Shown here one piece after another: positions 1 to 14,189 of a DNA stretch of 64,000 bases; position 1 is the first letter of the stretch; the number at the start of each line of letters is the position of its first letter. The notes beneath the pieces are model-generated. The model had not been told where the DNA came from. It saw only the letters and a program-made list of their open reading frames with translations, and ran no database searches. The stretch is from NCBI GenBank assembly GCA_009914755.4, contig CP068257.2, positions 27,232,001-27,296,000 of the forward strand. Direction: 5' to 3'. The position numbers were made by a program, and so were the translations under genes. Source of the stretch: the human T2T-CHM13v2.0 reference genome, Homo sapiens.

Positions 1-1596
1 AAATACAAATGATTTCTGAATATTGTTATTACAGGCAACCACTTTCCTAAGCCCTCTTATTATAATAAGTCAGTGGTTTTTTAAATATTTTCTTGGTAAA
101 TAATATCATCTGTTAATGATGACAATTTTGTTCGTATTTTCCTATCCTTTTCCCTTTCATTTTTTTTTTTCTTTATTTTGCTGGCTAGGACTTCCAGTGA
201 AAATGTTGAATAGGAGTGGTAATAGGTGGCAATTTTCTCGTTTCTGATTCTTATAGGGAATGCTTCCAGTATTTCTACTTTCAGAATATTTGCCACAGTT
301 TTTTGTATACAGACCATGTTGGGTTAAGAAAGTTCCTTCTCTTCCTAGTTTGCCAAGTGTATTGAATTTCAACAAACGTATATCCACATCTGTTGAGGTG
401 ATAATGTGTTATTTTTCTTCCCTTTAACCTATTAGAATGATAAATGGAATTTATAGATTTTTCTATTAAACCGTGGTTACATTCCTGGGATAAACTCAAC
501 TTGGTCATAGTGTATCATCTGTTTTATATATACTGCTAGATTTAGTTTGTTGAAGTTTTCTTCTTTTTTTCCTCTATGTGAATGTGGTTGGCCTGTCACT
601 TTCCTTTCTTATATAACCCTTACCTGGTTTTGTTATCAAGGTTTTTGTCTAACACAATTATTTAGGGGAAAGAATTATAAGAACCACTTCTTCTTCTTGG
701 GCATACAGTTCAACTATATTGGAACCACCTGAATGAGCCCTGGCCACTGGAATTTGAAGTCACTTATGCTACTTCCAGGACTGGCTCGAAAATCTCTCAT
801 GCATAATCTTCCTCTTCTTTCCATATCCACGCTGACTTAGAGGTTTCAGGCTGACTGTGATGGTGGCACAAAACAGAGGGATCCTCAGTCTCCGAATGAC
901 TAAATGGAATAGAACACTTTCTATGCTCTGGACAAAGCACATTAGATTATAAAATGCATAAGCAATAAATTTTTAGTGTGTCACTAATAAAGAACTTGGT
1001 ACATCAGTTGAACCTCTGCACATGAGAATAACATAGACTGTAAGATCGTGGCCCAGTTCACATGAATTTGAAATAATAAAATGTATACCCAAGAAACTCT
1101 CTGGCCAACTTCAGAACTGGAACACTGCCAGTCCCTTTATGCTGTTTATCTGGGTGCCTGGTTCTCCTCTAGCCTTTCTCCCAGTCATCCTTACCTCCTC
1201 TCATCCAACCGGTTAGCACTAGCCTGAATTTTTTGTTTATCATTATGTTGTTGCCTTTTTGTTTGCTTTGTTTTGGTTTTCTCTTATACTAAAAGACTTT
1301 TCAAATATATTTTAGAACAGTTTTAGCTTTACAGGAAAACTGATAAGGAAGTACAGAGAGTTTTGTTGTAGACACAGGTTAAAAAACAAAAAAAAGTATG
1401 GACTTTACACAAACCTCCTCTCCCTGACTGCACAAACACAAGCACAGTTCCCCCCAATTATTTGCATCTTGCATTAGTGTGGTATATCTGTTACAACTGA
1501 TGAACCAATATTGATACACTATTACTAACTAAAGTTCACAGTTTATATTAGGGTTCACCCTCTGTTCAGTTAATTTTCAAAATGTCATTTCTTTTT

Positions 1597-1878
1597 TTTT
1601 TGAGACGGAGTCTTGCTCTTGTTGCCCAGGCTGGAGGTGCAATGGCATGATCTCAGCTCACTGCCATATCCGCCTCTGAAGCTCAAACAATGCTCCTGCC
1701 TCAACCTCCCGAGTAGATGGGATTACAGGTGCATACCACCACACTCGCTAATTTTTTTATTTTCAGTAAAGATGGGGTTTCATCCTGTTGGCCATGCTGG
1801 TCCCAAACTCCTGACCTCAGGTGATCTGCCTGCCTCAGCCTCCCAAAGTGGTGGGATTACATCGCACCCAGCCTAAAA
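1597..1878 (-). mobile_element. Alu SINE (antisense orientation on + strand)
   Basis: Begins with poly-T then gagacggagtcttgctcttgttgcccaggctggag...gcctcccaaagtggtgggattaca, the reverse complement of the Alu consensus. Confidence 0.9.
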
Positions 1879-2362
1879 TGTCATTATTTCTTCCTTGACA
1901 TATGAATTGTTTAGAAGCATGTTTTAAATTTTGTAAATGTATGGGGACTTTAAAATTTTATTTTTGTTATTAATTTATAACCTAAACACTTTATAGTCAG
2001 AGAAGATTAGCTATATCATATTGATTCTTTGAATTTTACAGGGACTTACTTTTGGTCTAATATGTAATTATGTTTGTAAACATCCCATGGGTGCTTGAGA
2101 AAGAATATGCATTCCCTGATTGTTAGTTTCAGAGTTCTATATTAGTCTATTATATCAAATTCACTGCTATTGTTCAAATCTCCTCTTTGCCTTTTTGGTC
2201 TCCTTGATGTAGTACTAATTGAGACAGACAATTTGAAATCCTCCTGTATGATCAATTTGCAAATTTATACTTGTATTTTTCTTTATTTTACATAGTATGA
2301 AGCAATTTTCCTGGACACAATTTTAGTAAAGTGTAAACCTTTATCATTCTTTAGTGTCTGTA

Positions 2363-2725
2363 TTAGTCTGTTCTCGCATTGCTATAAAGAATTACCTGAG
2401 ACTGGGTAAAGAAAAGAAGTTTAATTGGCTCACGGTTCCACAGGCCGTACAGGAAGCATGGCTGGGGAGGCCTCAGGAAGCTTAAAATCAGGGCACAAGG
2501 TGAAGAGGAAGGAGGCACGTCCACATGGTTGGAGCAGGAGGAAGAGAGCGAAGAGGGAGTGCTACACACTTTTAAACAACCAGATCTCGCTAAGAACTCA
2601 CTATCACGACAACAGCAAGGAGCAAGTCTGCCCCCATGATCCAATCACCTCTCACCATGCACCTCCTCCAATACTAGGGGATTAAAATTCAACATGAGAT
2701 TTGAGTGGGGACACAAATCCAAACC
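2363..2725 (-). mobile_element. MaLR LTR, THE1/MST-like (antisense)
   Basis: Reverse complement matches the THE1 consensus (tgatatggtttgg...caaatctcatgttgaattttaatcccc...ccagccatgcttcctgtacggcctgtggaaccgtgagccaattaaacttcttttctttacccagtctcaggtaattctttatagcaatgcgagaacagactaataca). Confidence 0.75.
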
Positions 2726-2774
2726 ATATCAGTGTCCATGTCTATTCCTAATTAGCTTTTAACTTTGTACTCAG

Positions 2775-3262
2775 CGTATTAATTTCTGAGAGCTACTGTA
2801 ACAGTGCCACCAACTGGGTAACTGTTTGTTGTAAAACAAACACATCCTCTCACAGTTTTACAACTGTTTGTTGTAAAACCAATGCATTCTCTCACAGTTC
2901 TTGAGGCTAGGTGTCTGAAATAAAGGTGTGGGCTGGACCATGCTCCCTCTGAAGCCTTGAAGGAAGAATCCTTGCCTGCCTCTTCCAGCCTCTGGCAGTT
3001 GCTAGCAACCCCTGGCATTCCTTTACTCATTAACTCATCACTCCAACCTCTGCCTCTGTCTTCATATGGCCCTATGTCTCTGTTTCTGTGTTCAGATTTT
3101 CCTGTTCTTACAAGGACACAGAGATATTGGATTTAGGGCCCATCCTAATCAAGTACAACCTTGTCTTAACTTGATTACATCTGCAAAGTCCCTAATTCCA
3201 AATAGGAGCATATTCACAGGTTTCAGTTGGACACGAATTTTGTTGGGGGGACACTACTCAAT
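2775..3262 (+). mobile_element. MaLR LTR, MLT1-like
   Basis: ctgtaacagtgccaccaactgggtaact...ctcacagttcttgaggctaggtgtctgaaataaaggtgtgggctggaccatgctccctctgaag...cttcatatggccctatgtctctg...gggcccatcctaatcaagtacaaccttgtcttaacttgattacatctgcaaag... is the characteristic MLT1 body and 3' end. Confidence 0.7.
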
Positions 3263-3269
3263 CTAGTAC

Positions 3270-6200
3270 AATCAGCTATTAATGTAGCTGATGCAGGATT
3301 TTTTGCTCCTTAGTTCAGTTAAATTTGGGTTATCACATGACCAGAAAAAATTAGGCACGCGTACACACTGAAAGGCGAGGAGGGCAGAATTTATTAGGCA
3401 AAAGGAAAGCTCTCCACAAAAAGAGGGGTCCTTCATGCAGGTTTTACACCTCACAAATTGAATGCCAGGCCACCACACACGAGCTGAAGAGGCACGGCTT
3501 CTCCCCTGCATAAGGAGCAAACTCCTCGTGGCTCCACCCCATGTGTGGGCGCTTAGTCTGAGCCACATTGATTTATTTCCCTTACTGCACATGTGTTGAG
3601 AAATGGAATCTTTCACAGTGGGCATGTTCATTCAGGCAAGCCACGTGTGCACAATGACCTAGGCAAGTCAGAGGCTCTCCAGGAACCCTTCTCTATTTGC
3701 CTAGGCTTGTGCCTGTCACCTTTCTCTTTCATAGCTAGCTGTTTTATAGATTGGTCTAATATATCTTTTACCAGTACTACAAGAAAGTGGCTTACATGAT
3801 TATGGAGGCTAAGAGGTCCCATGATCTGCCATCTATAAGCTGGAGACCCAGGAAGGCCTGTGGTATAATTCAGTCTGAATCCAAAGGCTTGAGAACCAGG
3901 GAAGCCAGTGATGTAAATCCATCTGAGGACAGAAGATGAGATGTCACAGCTCAAACAATGAGGCAGGAAAAAAAAGGGGGGTGAATTCTTCCTTCCTCTG
4001 CCTTTTATTTTATTTACGCCCTCAACAAACTGGATGATGGCCACCCACCTTGGGGATGGCTATCTCCTTTACTGAGTCCCCCAGTTCAAATGCAAATCTT
4101 GTCTGTAAACACACTCAAGACACTTCAGAATAATGTTTAAACAGATATCTGGCACCCTGTGGCCTATTCAAGTTGACATATAAAATTAACCATCACAAGT
4201 CTACCCTTGTCAACTTGGCACCCATAAACATCTCTTTAAACCATACTTAACTGCCACATAAAGACAACAACAAGGTCATAATTCCATCTAACACGATTAA
4301 CAATCCAGCATTCCACCAGAAACACTCTAACCCGTTTCCCAGAAGAGGTGGTAAAGTCTTCATGTGATGTTTACTCTCTCCTTGATATCCCATAACTTAA
4401 ATACTATGATGTAAAATTAATCAAGGTTGAACACTGGAGCCAGTTAAAAAAATTAACAATATTTAAACACTATGCTATAAAATCAATGCATCTTATGTTA
4501 CAGAATAAGGAAATGAGAAGAAAACAAAGCTACACACACACAAAATGTAGTTATAGCAAAATATGGAGGACATACTTATGACAATCACAGTCTGTGTTTC
4601 TGTAACTGGTCATATGATCAAAGCTAGTATTTATTCCACCATTTATTCTGTATTCCCTTTGCCTTCAGCAAGCACTTCATCTGGTCATGGTACTTACCTG
4701 GTGGTGACCCAAACCTTCATTCCTGAAAGGTCTGGATCATTAGTGGTCCTGTCTGAATTAGGCTGTAGTTTTCCATTGACCTTAATCACAGGGCATGATA
4801 ACACTAAGAGATGCCCTAAGGAATCCTGTGTATTCCCAACATACTTTACCTTACCACCATTCGGGGTAGTCCAGTTTCTACTTGGTAGTCAGGAACAATC
4901 ACCCAGCCAGCACTGTAACTCATTTGTCTATTGAGTTAGAGGCATAAGAAGCCCCAAATGGCTGAGGAGCAGTCTTAAACTTCCAGTTCAATTAAATCAT
5001 GATTGCGTCTCTCAGTGGAAAATATTCCACCCTATGTAAGACCTCTAGGCCAGCAGTGCATAAGTCATGGGAACAGGAAGCAAAAATTTTGCTAGTGGGT
5101 CACCAGGGCTAATAGCGAATGGTGTCCTTCCTATTCTGACCCCTTGATTCCTGGACCTGTGAATCCCAGTCATAAGAGAAATGCACCATATACTGGATGT
5201 TGATTCAGAGCATAGACAGTCTTCTAGAGAACCTTGTCCCAGCCCTACAAGGCACTGCTATATAGCTGGTGTTATTACTGTCTTCAAAATGCCATTCCAC
5301 TGCTCTATGTAGCCAGTTGATTCAAGATAGTAGGGAACATGGTAAGAAAATTCCATGATCATGGGCCCACTGCCACACTTTTGCTGTGAACTGAGTTTCT
5401 TGTAATGCTGTGTGGAATACCATGGTCATAGATGAGACATTCTGTAAGTCCACGGATGGTAGTTTTAGCAGACACCCTGCGCGAAGGGAAAGTGAATCTG
5501 TATCCAGAGTAAGATCTATTTCAGTAAGGATAAAACACTATCCCTTCAATGATAGAGGTGGATCAATGTAATGAACCTGCCACTAGGCAACTGACTGATG
5601 ACCCTGGGGAATGGTGTCATATCAGGGGCTCAGTGTTGGTCTCTGTTGCTGGCAGACTGGGCACTCAGAGATAGCCTTGGCCAGGTCAGCCTTGGTGAGT
5701 AGAAGTCCACGTTGCTGAGCCCATGCATAACCTCTATTCTTATCACCATGGCTACTTTGCTCATGAAACAATTGGGTGATGACAGGTGTGGCTGGAGAAA
5801 GAGGCCTACTAGTATCCACAGAACAGGTTATCTTGTCCACTTTATTAAAATCCTTTTTTGCTAACCCTTTGGTGAGCATTCACATGGGGCACAAATATCT
5901 TCACCCTTTTTGCCCATTCAGTGTCTATCCACATACTTCATCTCCAAATTTCTTTGTCACCAATTTTCCAGTTATATTGAACTCCCTGACCATCCAGCCA
6001 AACCACTGGCCACGGCCTATGAATTGGCATATAATTGAATATCTGGCTATTTTTCCTTCTAAGCAAAGTCAACAGGGGGACTGCTCAAAGTTGTGTCCAC
6101 CAGGAGGATTTCCCTTCACCACTGTCCTTCAAGGTAGCCCAGAGGTGAGATGTAGTGCTGCAGCTATCCACTTTAGGGTGGTACCTGCATATCATACAGA

Positions 6201-7150
6201 ACCCTCTGTAAACCAGGCCTAAGTCTTCTCTTTCTCTGTCAGCTGATCACAGGGAAGTCCCCATGAAGCCACCGATGCAGGCTGGAAGAGAGAAGGCAGG
6301 TAGCAGAAGTGGGGACTATGGAAATTTGGCCTACTTCTTCATGTAACTTCCTTGTGCCTTCAGGGCCTCTCAGGCCCAATCATGTGTATACCACTTCCAT
6401 CTGATGACAGAGTGTTGCTGTGCATATCCAACTTTGTGCGTTGGTGGCTCAGATAACATCCAGTTCATGATGGGAAGCTCAGGTTGCACGGTAACTTGGT
6501 GACTCATTAAGTATCAGTCTCTACTAAGGCCCAGTAGCAGGCCAAGAGCTGTTTCTCAAAAAGAGACTAGTTATTTGTTGGTAATGGCACGGCTTTGCTC
6601 TAAAATCCTAAACCAAGATTCACCTATAGGGACCTGCCAGAAGCTTCAAACAGCATCCCTATCTGCCACTGCCACTGAAACACCACTGGATCATATGACC
6701 CAAGTGGCAGAGCAGCTTGCACAGCAGCCTGGACCTGTTGCAGACTCTTTTCTTGTTCTGGGCCCTACTCAAAACTAGCAGCTTTTTGAGTCAATTGGTA
6801 AACAGGCTGGTGTAACATAATGAAATTGGAAAATGTTGCCTCCAAAACCCAAAGAGGCCCACTAAGTATTGTGCCTCTTTCTTGGTTTTAAGAGCAGCAA
6901 GATGCAAGTACTTATCCTTCACCGTAGAAGAAATATCCTAACATGCCCCATGTCACTGGGTCCCTACCAATTTCACTAAGGTAGAAGGCCCTTGAATTGT
7001 AGTCATATTTATTTCCTACCCTCTGATGCAAATGTCTTTCCACTAAGTCTAATGTAGTTCCTACTTCTTGCTCACTAGGTCAAATCAGCATAATGTCATC
7101 GATATAACCAATCAGTGTAATATTTTGTGGAAGGGAAAGGTAATCAAGAT
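3270..7150 (-). mobile_element. Degenerate endogenous retrovirus remnant (LTR-like segment about 3270-4100; pol-derived internal sequence to about 7150)
   Basis: Minus-strand ORFs carry retroviral pol features (integrase HHCC finger at 5622-5879). 3270-4100 has an LTR-like composition. No intact ORFs remain. Extent and family are uncertain. Confidence 0.3.
5622..5879 (-). pseudogene. Retroviral integrase N-terminal HHCC zinc-finger remnant (pol)
   Basis: Minus-strand ORF ...FHEQSSHGDKNRGYAWAQQRGLLLTKADLAKAISECPVCQQ... has the pattern H-x4-H-x28-C-x2-C followed by Q, as in retroviral integrase N-terminal domains. Confidence 0.5.
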
Positions 7151-7558
7151 CCCCATGAACTGAATTATGACATAGAGTTGGAGAGCTGATACACACCGGA
7201 GATACGACAATGAAGGTGTGTTGCTGGCCCTGCCATCTGAAAGCAAACTGCCTTTATGGACTGGTATGAAAAAAAAGACATTTGCCAGATCAATTCCATT
7301 GCCTTACCACATAATGCTGAAATAAATATTTCATACATAATTTTTATATTTAAAATGCAAACTATAAATATAATACACATATTTACTTGTACTTGTGCAA
7401 ATAATTCTATAGGCCTGACTGAAAGGGAATGTTCCACCTTTCTACCTTTTTTTAATGACAAATTTCTGATAAAATTCCTTGTTACCTAATGAATGACTTC
7501 AGTTTCAAAATATGCTAAATGCATTCAGTTTCCAGTAGTTCTGGGCACACACTGTATG

Positions 7559-7665
7559 CTAAGACTTGGTGAACTTGAGGACTGAAAGAGTTTCTTGGCC
7601 TGCTTGTCTGGAAAGTGCAGTGGTTCCTTGCAGACCTTTTGTCTTCATTATTTTCAAAATTTCTT
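7559..7665 (-). CDS. N6AMT1: N6AMT1 terminal coding exon (exon 6; (E)EILKIMKTKGLQGTTALSRQAGQETLSVLKFTKS*), stop included
   Basis: Acceptor tttattttag|AAGAAATTTTG on the minus strand. Reading frame is continuous with exon 5 (phase 1). TAG stop at 7559-7561. Matches the remembered C-terminus of HemK2/N6AMT1. Confidence 0.88.
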
Positions 7666-8159
7666 CTAAAATAAAAATCAAAAGGTAAAATCCATTAAGC
7701 CATTTGGTAGTGTGCATGATCAATAAGCAATTTAATAAGTTAAACACAGATGATTTATAAATTGTATTCATCTGACAAAACAATGTATATCAAATAAATG
7801 TCTACTAAAGTGAACTTGGTCTTCAGCTAAATGGGAGCACTTGGTATTTTCAAAGTGTTGCTGGTGAGTCTAATCAGAATAAATGGCTTGCTTTGCAGTC
7901 ACAGCCTACTTTTGACTCAGCAGAAACATTAATTGTCATTGTTATTATAGCAAGTGATCAGTTTTTTAGTTGATTGGCTCCAATCTCTGCCCTATGTCTT
8001 TCTCTTTGGATGACAAAAGCCAATGAAGGTGTGGACAAACTGAATAGTGACATTGCACAGTGAGAGTGAAAGAAGTAGCTTATTTCTTTCAGGCATATTG
8101 AAAAAAGAAAACCTTCCTTATAAATAAATAAAACTAAGAAGACTGAACTAAGACAATGG

Positions 8160-8880
8160 AGGGAGGGAGGGAGGGAGGGAGGAAGGAAGGAAGGAAGGAA
8201 GGAAGGAAGGAAGGAAGGAGGGAGGGAGGGAGGGAGGGAAGGAGGAAGGGAGGGAAGGGAAGGGAAGGGAGGGAAAGGAAAGGACGCATGGATGGACAGA
8301 AGGAAGAAAAAAAGAGAAGAGAAGAGAGAGAGAAAGAAAGAGAAAGAAAGAAAGAAAGGGAGGGAGGGAGGAAGGAAGGGAGGGAAGGGAGAGAAAGGAA
8401 GGGAAGGAAGGAAAGGAAGGGAAGGGAAGGGAAGAGAAGGGAAGGAAGGAAGGAAGGAAGGAAGGAAGGAAGGAAGGAAGGAAGGAAGGAAGGAAGGAAG
8501 GAAGAGAGAGAGAAAGAGAGAAAGAAAGAAAAAGAAAGAAGGAAGGAAGGAAAGAAAAAAAAGAAAGAAGAGAAGGGAAGGGAAGAAAGAAGGAAGGAAG
8601 GGAAGAAAAAAAGAAAAGAAGAAAGGAAGGAAAGAAAGAGAGAGAGAAGGAAGGACAGATGGACAGAAGGAAGGAAAAAAAGAAGAGAAGAGAAAGAGAA
8701 AGAAAAAGAGACAAAGATGGACAGAAGGAAAAAAGAAAAGAGAAGAGAAGAGAGAGAGATAAAGAAAAAGAAAAGGAAAGGAAAGAAGAAAGGAAGAAAG
8801 ATGGAGAGAAGGAAGGAAAAAAAGAGAAAAGAGAGAAATAGGAAGGAAGGAAGGGAGAAAGACAAGAGAAAACTAGCAAT
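8160..8880. repeat. (GGAA)n/(GAAA)n-rich imperfect polypurine microsatellite, about 720 bp
   Basis: Continuous purine-only + strand made of GGGA/GGAA/GAAA units. Produces artefactual long ORFs on both strands. Lies in N6AMT1 intron 5. Confidence 0.97.
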
Positions 8881-9399
8881 CATGTGATTTGAAGGGCTGA
8901 GGACTTTTAGTATAAGCTGAAAATCAAACTTGAAGTGTACAGAAAAAGAGAGGAAAGATTATGGTCAATTTAGTTATAAAGCAATCTGAAAACAAAGATA
9001 TAAAAATCTATACAATTAAATAGCTTTCATGATAAAACTCCTAACGAACTAAAGAGTACAGCACAATTGTCAAGGGCATGAAGACTAGAGGGTAGAGAGA
9101 AAATTCATAATACTGAGAGTGAGGTGTTAGAAAAAAACATTAGAGATTTTTATACTTGAATATTAGGTTATAAACGGGGAAAAGAGAAGATAATACTTTT
9201 TAAAATCAGAAAAATTTACCTCTGAAAACCTCTTTTCTCTTTCAACATAAATTTATGCCTGTATTAGCTACTGTCAGTGATTAACTGTTTTAAGTGATTC
9301 ATTAACATGCCAGGTTATCTTATAAATTAAAGCATTTTACATTATTAACTTTTGATTTCAGCAACATAAATGCTTAAACAATAAATTGGTCTGTATTAC

Positions 9400-9541
9400 C
9401 TGGGTTGTTTTCTTTAATGGTAACTAAATAGAATAATCCTCTTGGTGAAAGGAGATCTGGAACCAGGGGAAAAAACCTGTCCATGACTTCCCGACCATTT
9501 CTGCCACCAGCCCAAGCTGCCTCTATTCCGTGACTTCCTAC
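9400..9541 (-). CDS. N6AMT1: N6AMT1 coding exon 5 (VGSHGIEAAWAGGRNGREVMDRFFPLVPDLLSPRGLFYLVTIKENNP)
   Basis: Minus-strand acceptor ttgttcacag|GTAGGAAGT and donor CCAG|gtaatac. 142 nt, ending in phase 1 that is completed by exon 6. Confidence 0.9.
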
Positions 9542-10264
9542 CTGTGAACAATTAGAAAGAATGTTTTCTTTTAACTCAAGTTTGATTTAGATCACAAACT
9601 GAATCTTTTTGACAAGTAATATCACCAAAAAAGTATATATTTTGCATTTTACTGCTGACGAAGGAGCAGTCAAGTTGAATCTAAGTTTCATCATTTTCTA
9701 GTGTGTAACCTTGGATAAATTAGTAATCCTGTTTGTGAATTACTTTCCTCTTTTATCTGTAAAATTAGAAAAAGAATAGTTCCATATGTACAATTAGAAA
9801 AATAATAAGTGGATAAAAAATGTTTTTATTAATAAAAAAATATTTTTATCCACTGTTAGGAATAAATAAGGAAGTATATTTAAAGTTTTGAGAACATTGC
9901 CCTGCATATATCAAGGGCTTAATAAGTTATTACTATTAATACAATGCTTAACATTGAGAGACATGGGTAGCTTTTGTACTTAACACAGAAAGAAGCTACA
10001 AGGAACAGCTTGTTTTATAAGAGACCTACTGTACAGAAACAAAGTTTCAAAATGTCCCAATGCATCTGGCCCTCTTGTAGTTTAAAGTGTGAAACACATA
10101 GATCTTTTCTAAGGAATGCATTTATTTATTATATTTATATATTATTAAATATATATATTTATTATATATTATATAAAGGCACACTGAAGCATGTTTCCTC
10201 TAACAATCTAATTATATTTTAGAAATAATATCCATGAGTTTATATAATATTAAAAAATCTTTAG

Positions 10265-10747
<483 letters not shown>

Positions 10748-11075
10748 TTAAAACCTTTTGTTTTGCAAATTTTTTATTCATGATAAAGGATACATGTAAT
10801 ATATATGTACATTTATATTTGAATATATGAATATAAATACCATGGCCTGATATGAATGTGATTTTTAGGGATAGATATGTGTCACAGTTTGTATTTCCAT
10901 CATTTAAGGTTCCTTTCCTAGGTCTTTTAATAGGACTCAATTACTGACAATTAGGAGTAAAATCAGAGTAGACTGTGATAGCAGCAGCTGACTGATGTCA
11001 TAGGATGACATTCATTTGATTTTACAAACAAAATAATTGAAAATATTAATAATTAAATTTTGTTGTATGTTTTAC

Positions 11076-11159
11076 CTCTTGAGGTGGAGTCACTACATAG
11101 GGGGGATTAAACACCAGAAGATCAACTTTTTCGGTCAATCTTGGTAGCAAGCCTTTGAC
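11076..11159 (-). CDS. N6AMT1: N6AMT1 coding exon 4 (VKGLLPRLTEKVDLLVFNPPYVVTPPQE); contains the catalytic NPPY motif
   Basis: Minus-strand acceptor acatttag|GTCAAAGGC and donor CAAGAG|gtaaaac. 84 nt, phase 0 to 0. NPPY is the hallmark of N6-adenine/glutamine (HemK-type) methyltransferases. Confidence 0.92.
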
Positions 11160-11654
11160 CTAAATGTATTCAACAACAGTAAGAATTTTACATTAAACTC
11201 TGAATTAAATAACTGACAAATTAATCTTTAAAAATAATCTCCCATGTTTTTGGGAAAATAATGTGTTACGGGCTACGCTTGTAGACAGAAATGAAGTATT
11301 TTTATGTTTTCATTCAGAAAAATAATACATGCAATTAAATAAAAATAAGGAAATTAAACTATCAGAATGAATATTAAAAAGCCTATACTCCTCAACAGCA
11401 CATATATTTATATTCTGGGTTCACTTTTAGAAAATGAAATAAGAAGGCAAACTCTAATTCTGTATAATCTGTATAGACTTGGATATAAGTTTACAACTAT
11501 ATATGCTAACATTTTCACAATTTTTCCGATATCTGTACAGATACCTACCATTATTTACTGGATACTGTTCTATAGTCTCTTCTATCTCTGGTGTTTCACC
11601 ATTCTATCAAAAACACTTACTTATACTAATTATGGAAACATTAAAGAAATTTTT

Positions 11655-11992
<338 letters not shown>

Positions 11993-12121
11993 TCACCACG
12001 TTGATCTCATGTAAATCACTGGAGTACCTTTCTTGATATTCTAGCTTTTATTAGCAGTAACAACTTCTAATAATATGAAAATAATTTCTTATCTCTTTGG
12101 CTTAATTCCTTCTAAGCTACA

Positions 12122-12154
<33 letters not shown>

Positions 12155-12650
12155 GAAACCGGAAAGCTACCTACCCTCGTCATTGTAAGAAAAGTGCAAG
12201 TTAAGGAGCACAGAAGTATTTTGCCTTTCATATGTCTACCTGGTGCATGCTATTATTATTTTTGCCTATAAAAAGGTATTTGACATATATAAATTAAAAA
12301 CCTACAAATTTAAAACTGCCACTTGAAAATGTGTGCTGTTAACTTCTTAAAACAATGGTTGTGCAGTTGTCATTTGTTGTTTTTACCTACTGAGGACCCA
12401 CTGCCCCTTTCTTCTGATTTAATTTCCTTGACTTTTGTTAGGGAAGCTCTACCTCCCATCATTCTCAATCTAAGTGGCCTGAGTAGGGTTTATCCCAATC
12501 CAGCTCCTGGGATGGAACTATGAGGCAGTTTGAAGCCAATCATCTCCACATTCAAATCTCCTTTGGCCACAGCAAAAGGTTGAGAGATAGGCACATAACC
12601 CAAGTTGATCCAGATAACACTCATTCTGGGGCCTCTTCTAGAGTAACTGA

Positions 12651-13140
<490 letters not shown>

Positions 13141-13363
13141 CTAATTTTTTAAATTTAAGCCAGTTTGAACTGGGTTCACTATCACTTCTGACTGAAAGAG
13201 GCCTGAATTGTGGAAAAGGTGGATTACATCAACAAAGAATTTACTTTGTACATGGTATACTGCTTAGTGGGTCAAAAGTTAATTACTTACCAAAGTTTCT
13301 TTGACCTAAAGCATCTTAACTTTATTTGAAAAGAAAATTATTACTGGACAAAGATTATCTTAC

Positions 13364-13454
13364 CAAATCTGTAATAACTGGTTGAATGTGAACTTTGTTA
13401 CAGCGTGCTGTCTCTAGGGTACAAGCTGCTGCCTCAGGGTTGATATCAGTGCAC
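13364..13454 (-). CDS. N6AMT1: N6AMT1 coding exon 3 ((M)CTDINPEAAACTLETARCNKVHIQPVITDL)
   Basis: Minus-strand acceptor tttctgtttatag|GTGCACTGAT and donor GATTTG|gtaagat. 91 nt; the first base completes the Met codon begun in exon 2. Confidence 0.9.
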
Positions 13455-14189
13455 CTATAAACAGAAATGGAAGGAAACTATATCCTATGTCCATAAGGCA
13501 AATCTGTTACTGAGTAATATCAAGGTATGTTCCATTAATTCTACACAGAACAGATTTAGAAAAAAAAAAATTAGAATGTATTCAATAATGGCAAAGAAAA
13601 AGAGAACAAGGATTTGTTCTATTGATGAAAAAGACTGTTATATTGATACAATGTCCAAGAGTAGAAGAATACACATACATGCACAGACATCTGAAGGAAT
13701 TTATGAATTATACATCCAATGAAGGAGTACTATGCAGCCACCAAAAATGAAATTTAAAAGGAATTTTTGATAGGAAAATGTTTATGAGACGAAATTAAAT
13801 TAAAAACACAGGAAATGAAAAAAAAACAGAAGGAAACACAGTTGGACCATGTATGGTAAAATTTATAGGTGATTTTAATTTTCTTCTTTATACTTTTCTA
13901 CATTCCCAATCTTCTATAAATTTAAGCAACTTTAAATGTCTTATGATATCAAATTATTTAGCTAAGAAATCAAATTTAGAGATGATCTAAAATTATGCTG
14001 CTTCTACAATTACGTAGTATGATGGAGCAGTTTGAACATGAATAATTTTTAGGGAAGCATAGTTTGTAATCTGAGTTTTTGCTATGCTTAAATACTATAA
14101 GATACATACTGTCTCTTTAAAAATTATTTCATTAGAGTTATCATAGTTAACCTGTCAGTGGAAGATCTAGATGAATATGATATACTTAC

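Noticed and set aside
1613-1876. Pro/Ser/Leu-rich ORFs such as ...[19 protein letters not shown]... and ...[27 protein letters not shown]..., recurring throughout the window (e.g. 10500-10751, 30728-30991, 38435-38776, 55581-55946)
   Set aside because: These are the stereotyped translations of Alu SINEs in either orientation, not genes.
5776-6222. 148-aa + strand ORF
   Set aside because: It lies antisense to an ERV pol remnant and has no recognisable domain. It is a random open frame in degraded retroviral sequence.
8134-8887. Four overlapping 156-249-aa ORFs on both strands (Lys/Glu/Arg/Gly-rich on +, Ser/Phe/Leu/Pro-rich on -)
   Set aside because: They lie entirely within the (GGAA)n polypurine microsatellite, so the long stop-free frames are a compositional artefact.
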